37,190 nt of DNA from positions 1-37,190 of IMG/VR virus record IMGVR_UViG_3300020387_000009, one strand, 5' to 3'. The notes beneath the pieces are model-generated. The model searched no databases. It was not told where the DNA came from and saw nothing but the letters and a program-made list of their open reading frames with translations. Each line of letters starts with the position of its first letter. Within the stretch, counting starts at the first letter, position 1. Shown one piece after another: positions 36,316-37,190 of the stretch. This stretch comes from a virus. Taxonomy: Duplodnaviria > Caudoviricetes. A program made the position numbers and the translations under genes.

Positions 36316-37095
36316 ATGTCTGATACTCTAACTTATAATGAATCTGAACCGTCAACTGAACAAGTTGTATTGAATGAAGCTGAACAAGAAGCTTTAGAAG
36401 TTGGTGAGCAAATGGCTCAGGAACAAGAGACACTACTTGCTGGTAAGTTCTCTGATCCTCAACAATTAGAAAAAGCTTATCTTGAACTTCAAACTAAACT
36501 TGGTAAACAAGGTGATAAAGATTCAACTGAATCAACTGAAGAACCTGAAGCTACTACTGAAGAGTCTACTGATCAACAGGATGTTGACTACTCATTTCTA
36601 GATGAACTTTGGGAAGCTGCTGGGGATCAGCCTTCAGAAGAAACTGTCAATAAACTGCAAAGCTTGAATTCATCTGAGATTGCTGATATGTATATTGCAT
36701 ATCGTCAACAAGTTGAATCACAGTCGCAATCAAACAATATCACACAAGAACATGTAGATACCATTCATGAGATGGTTGGCGGTGAGCAAGCTTACAACAC
36801 TTTGATGGGATGGGCTAGTAATAATCTCTCTGACCAAGAGCAAACCCTTTATGACAAAGCTATGGACAGTGATCCGGTAGCTGCATTTTGGGCAGCACGT
36901 TCGCTTGCTCTCCAGTATGCAGATAGTCAAGGTTATGAAGGTAAGATGCTAACTGGTAAAGCGCCTAAAACTGCTAGTGGTTTCCGCAGTCAAGCTGAAC
37001 TTGTCCAAGCTATGAATGATCCTCGTTATGATAATGATGAGGCATATCGTACAGATGTCCTGACTAAACTACAGAACTCCAATATTACCTTCTAA
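36316..37095 (+). CDS. capsid scaffolding protein (gp9)
   Basis: LAGKF...LEKAY.ELQ, GF.SQAEL..AM.DPRY. Confidence 0.93.
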   Translation: MSDTLTYNESEPSTEQVVLNEAEQEALEVGEQMAQEQETLLAGKFSDPQQLEKAYLELQTKLGKQGDKDSTESTEEPEATTEESTDQQDVDYSFLDELWEAAGDQPSEETVNKLQSLNSSEIADMYIAYRQQVESQSQSNNITQEHVDTIHEMVGGEQAYNTLMGWASNNLSDQEQTLYDKAMDSDPVAAFWAARSLALQYADSQGYEGKMLTGKAPKTASGFRSQAELVQAMNDPRYDNDEAYRTDVLTKLQNSNITF

Positions 37096-37190
37096 GAAGT
37101 AAACGCGTGGGATGCACCTCAGAGTCGGACCTCCCATGCCTATGGCACTAAGCCCGTACGCGGATACCTTAGCTGCCGTCTAGACGGTGG

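Noticed and set aside
461-36930. Minus-strand and nested alternative-frame ORFs in the track
   Set aside because: They are shadows of well-supported + strand genes with no recognisable motifs; T7-like genomes are essentially unidirectional.
1-37190. CRISPR array, intron, intein, reverse transcriptase/DGR, transposase
   Set aside because: No repeat-spacer periodicity or diagnostic motifs seen; psbA, terL, RNR and helicase are uninterrupted.

Overview
Near-complete, circularly permuted genome of a marine T7-like cyanopodovirus (Autographiviridae, P-SSP7/MPP-B-like, probably Synechococcus-infecting). All credible genes are on the + strand. Order: end of internal virion genes, tail fibres, a membrane/secreted cassette, terS, HNH-type ORFs, terL, thyX; then a non-coding genome-end junction (~16.2-16.85 kb); early genes, a MarR-like regulator, a tyrosine integrase and a 42-bp tRNA-Leu attP; RNA polymerase, SSB, an auxiliary island (hli, basic microproteins, OMP-like protein, psbA, glutamine riboswitch plus DUF4278 peptide), endonuclease, primase/helicase, split DNA polymerase, exonuclease overlapped by nblA, MazG-like, RNR alpha/beta, portal and scaffold. 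The major capsid and tail tube genes lie outside the window. Most notable: (1) a Downstream-peptide (glutamine-II) riboswitch whose P2 loop encloses a complete 54-codon ORF; (2) a 21-bp T7-promoter-like sequence present after terL and inside the RNAP gene itself; (3) two tRNA-elbow-like RNA elements flanking the first early gene; (4) an integrase with Gly in place of the first catalytic Arg. All calls come from reading motifs by eye; no database searches were run.
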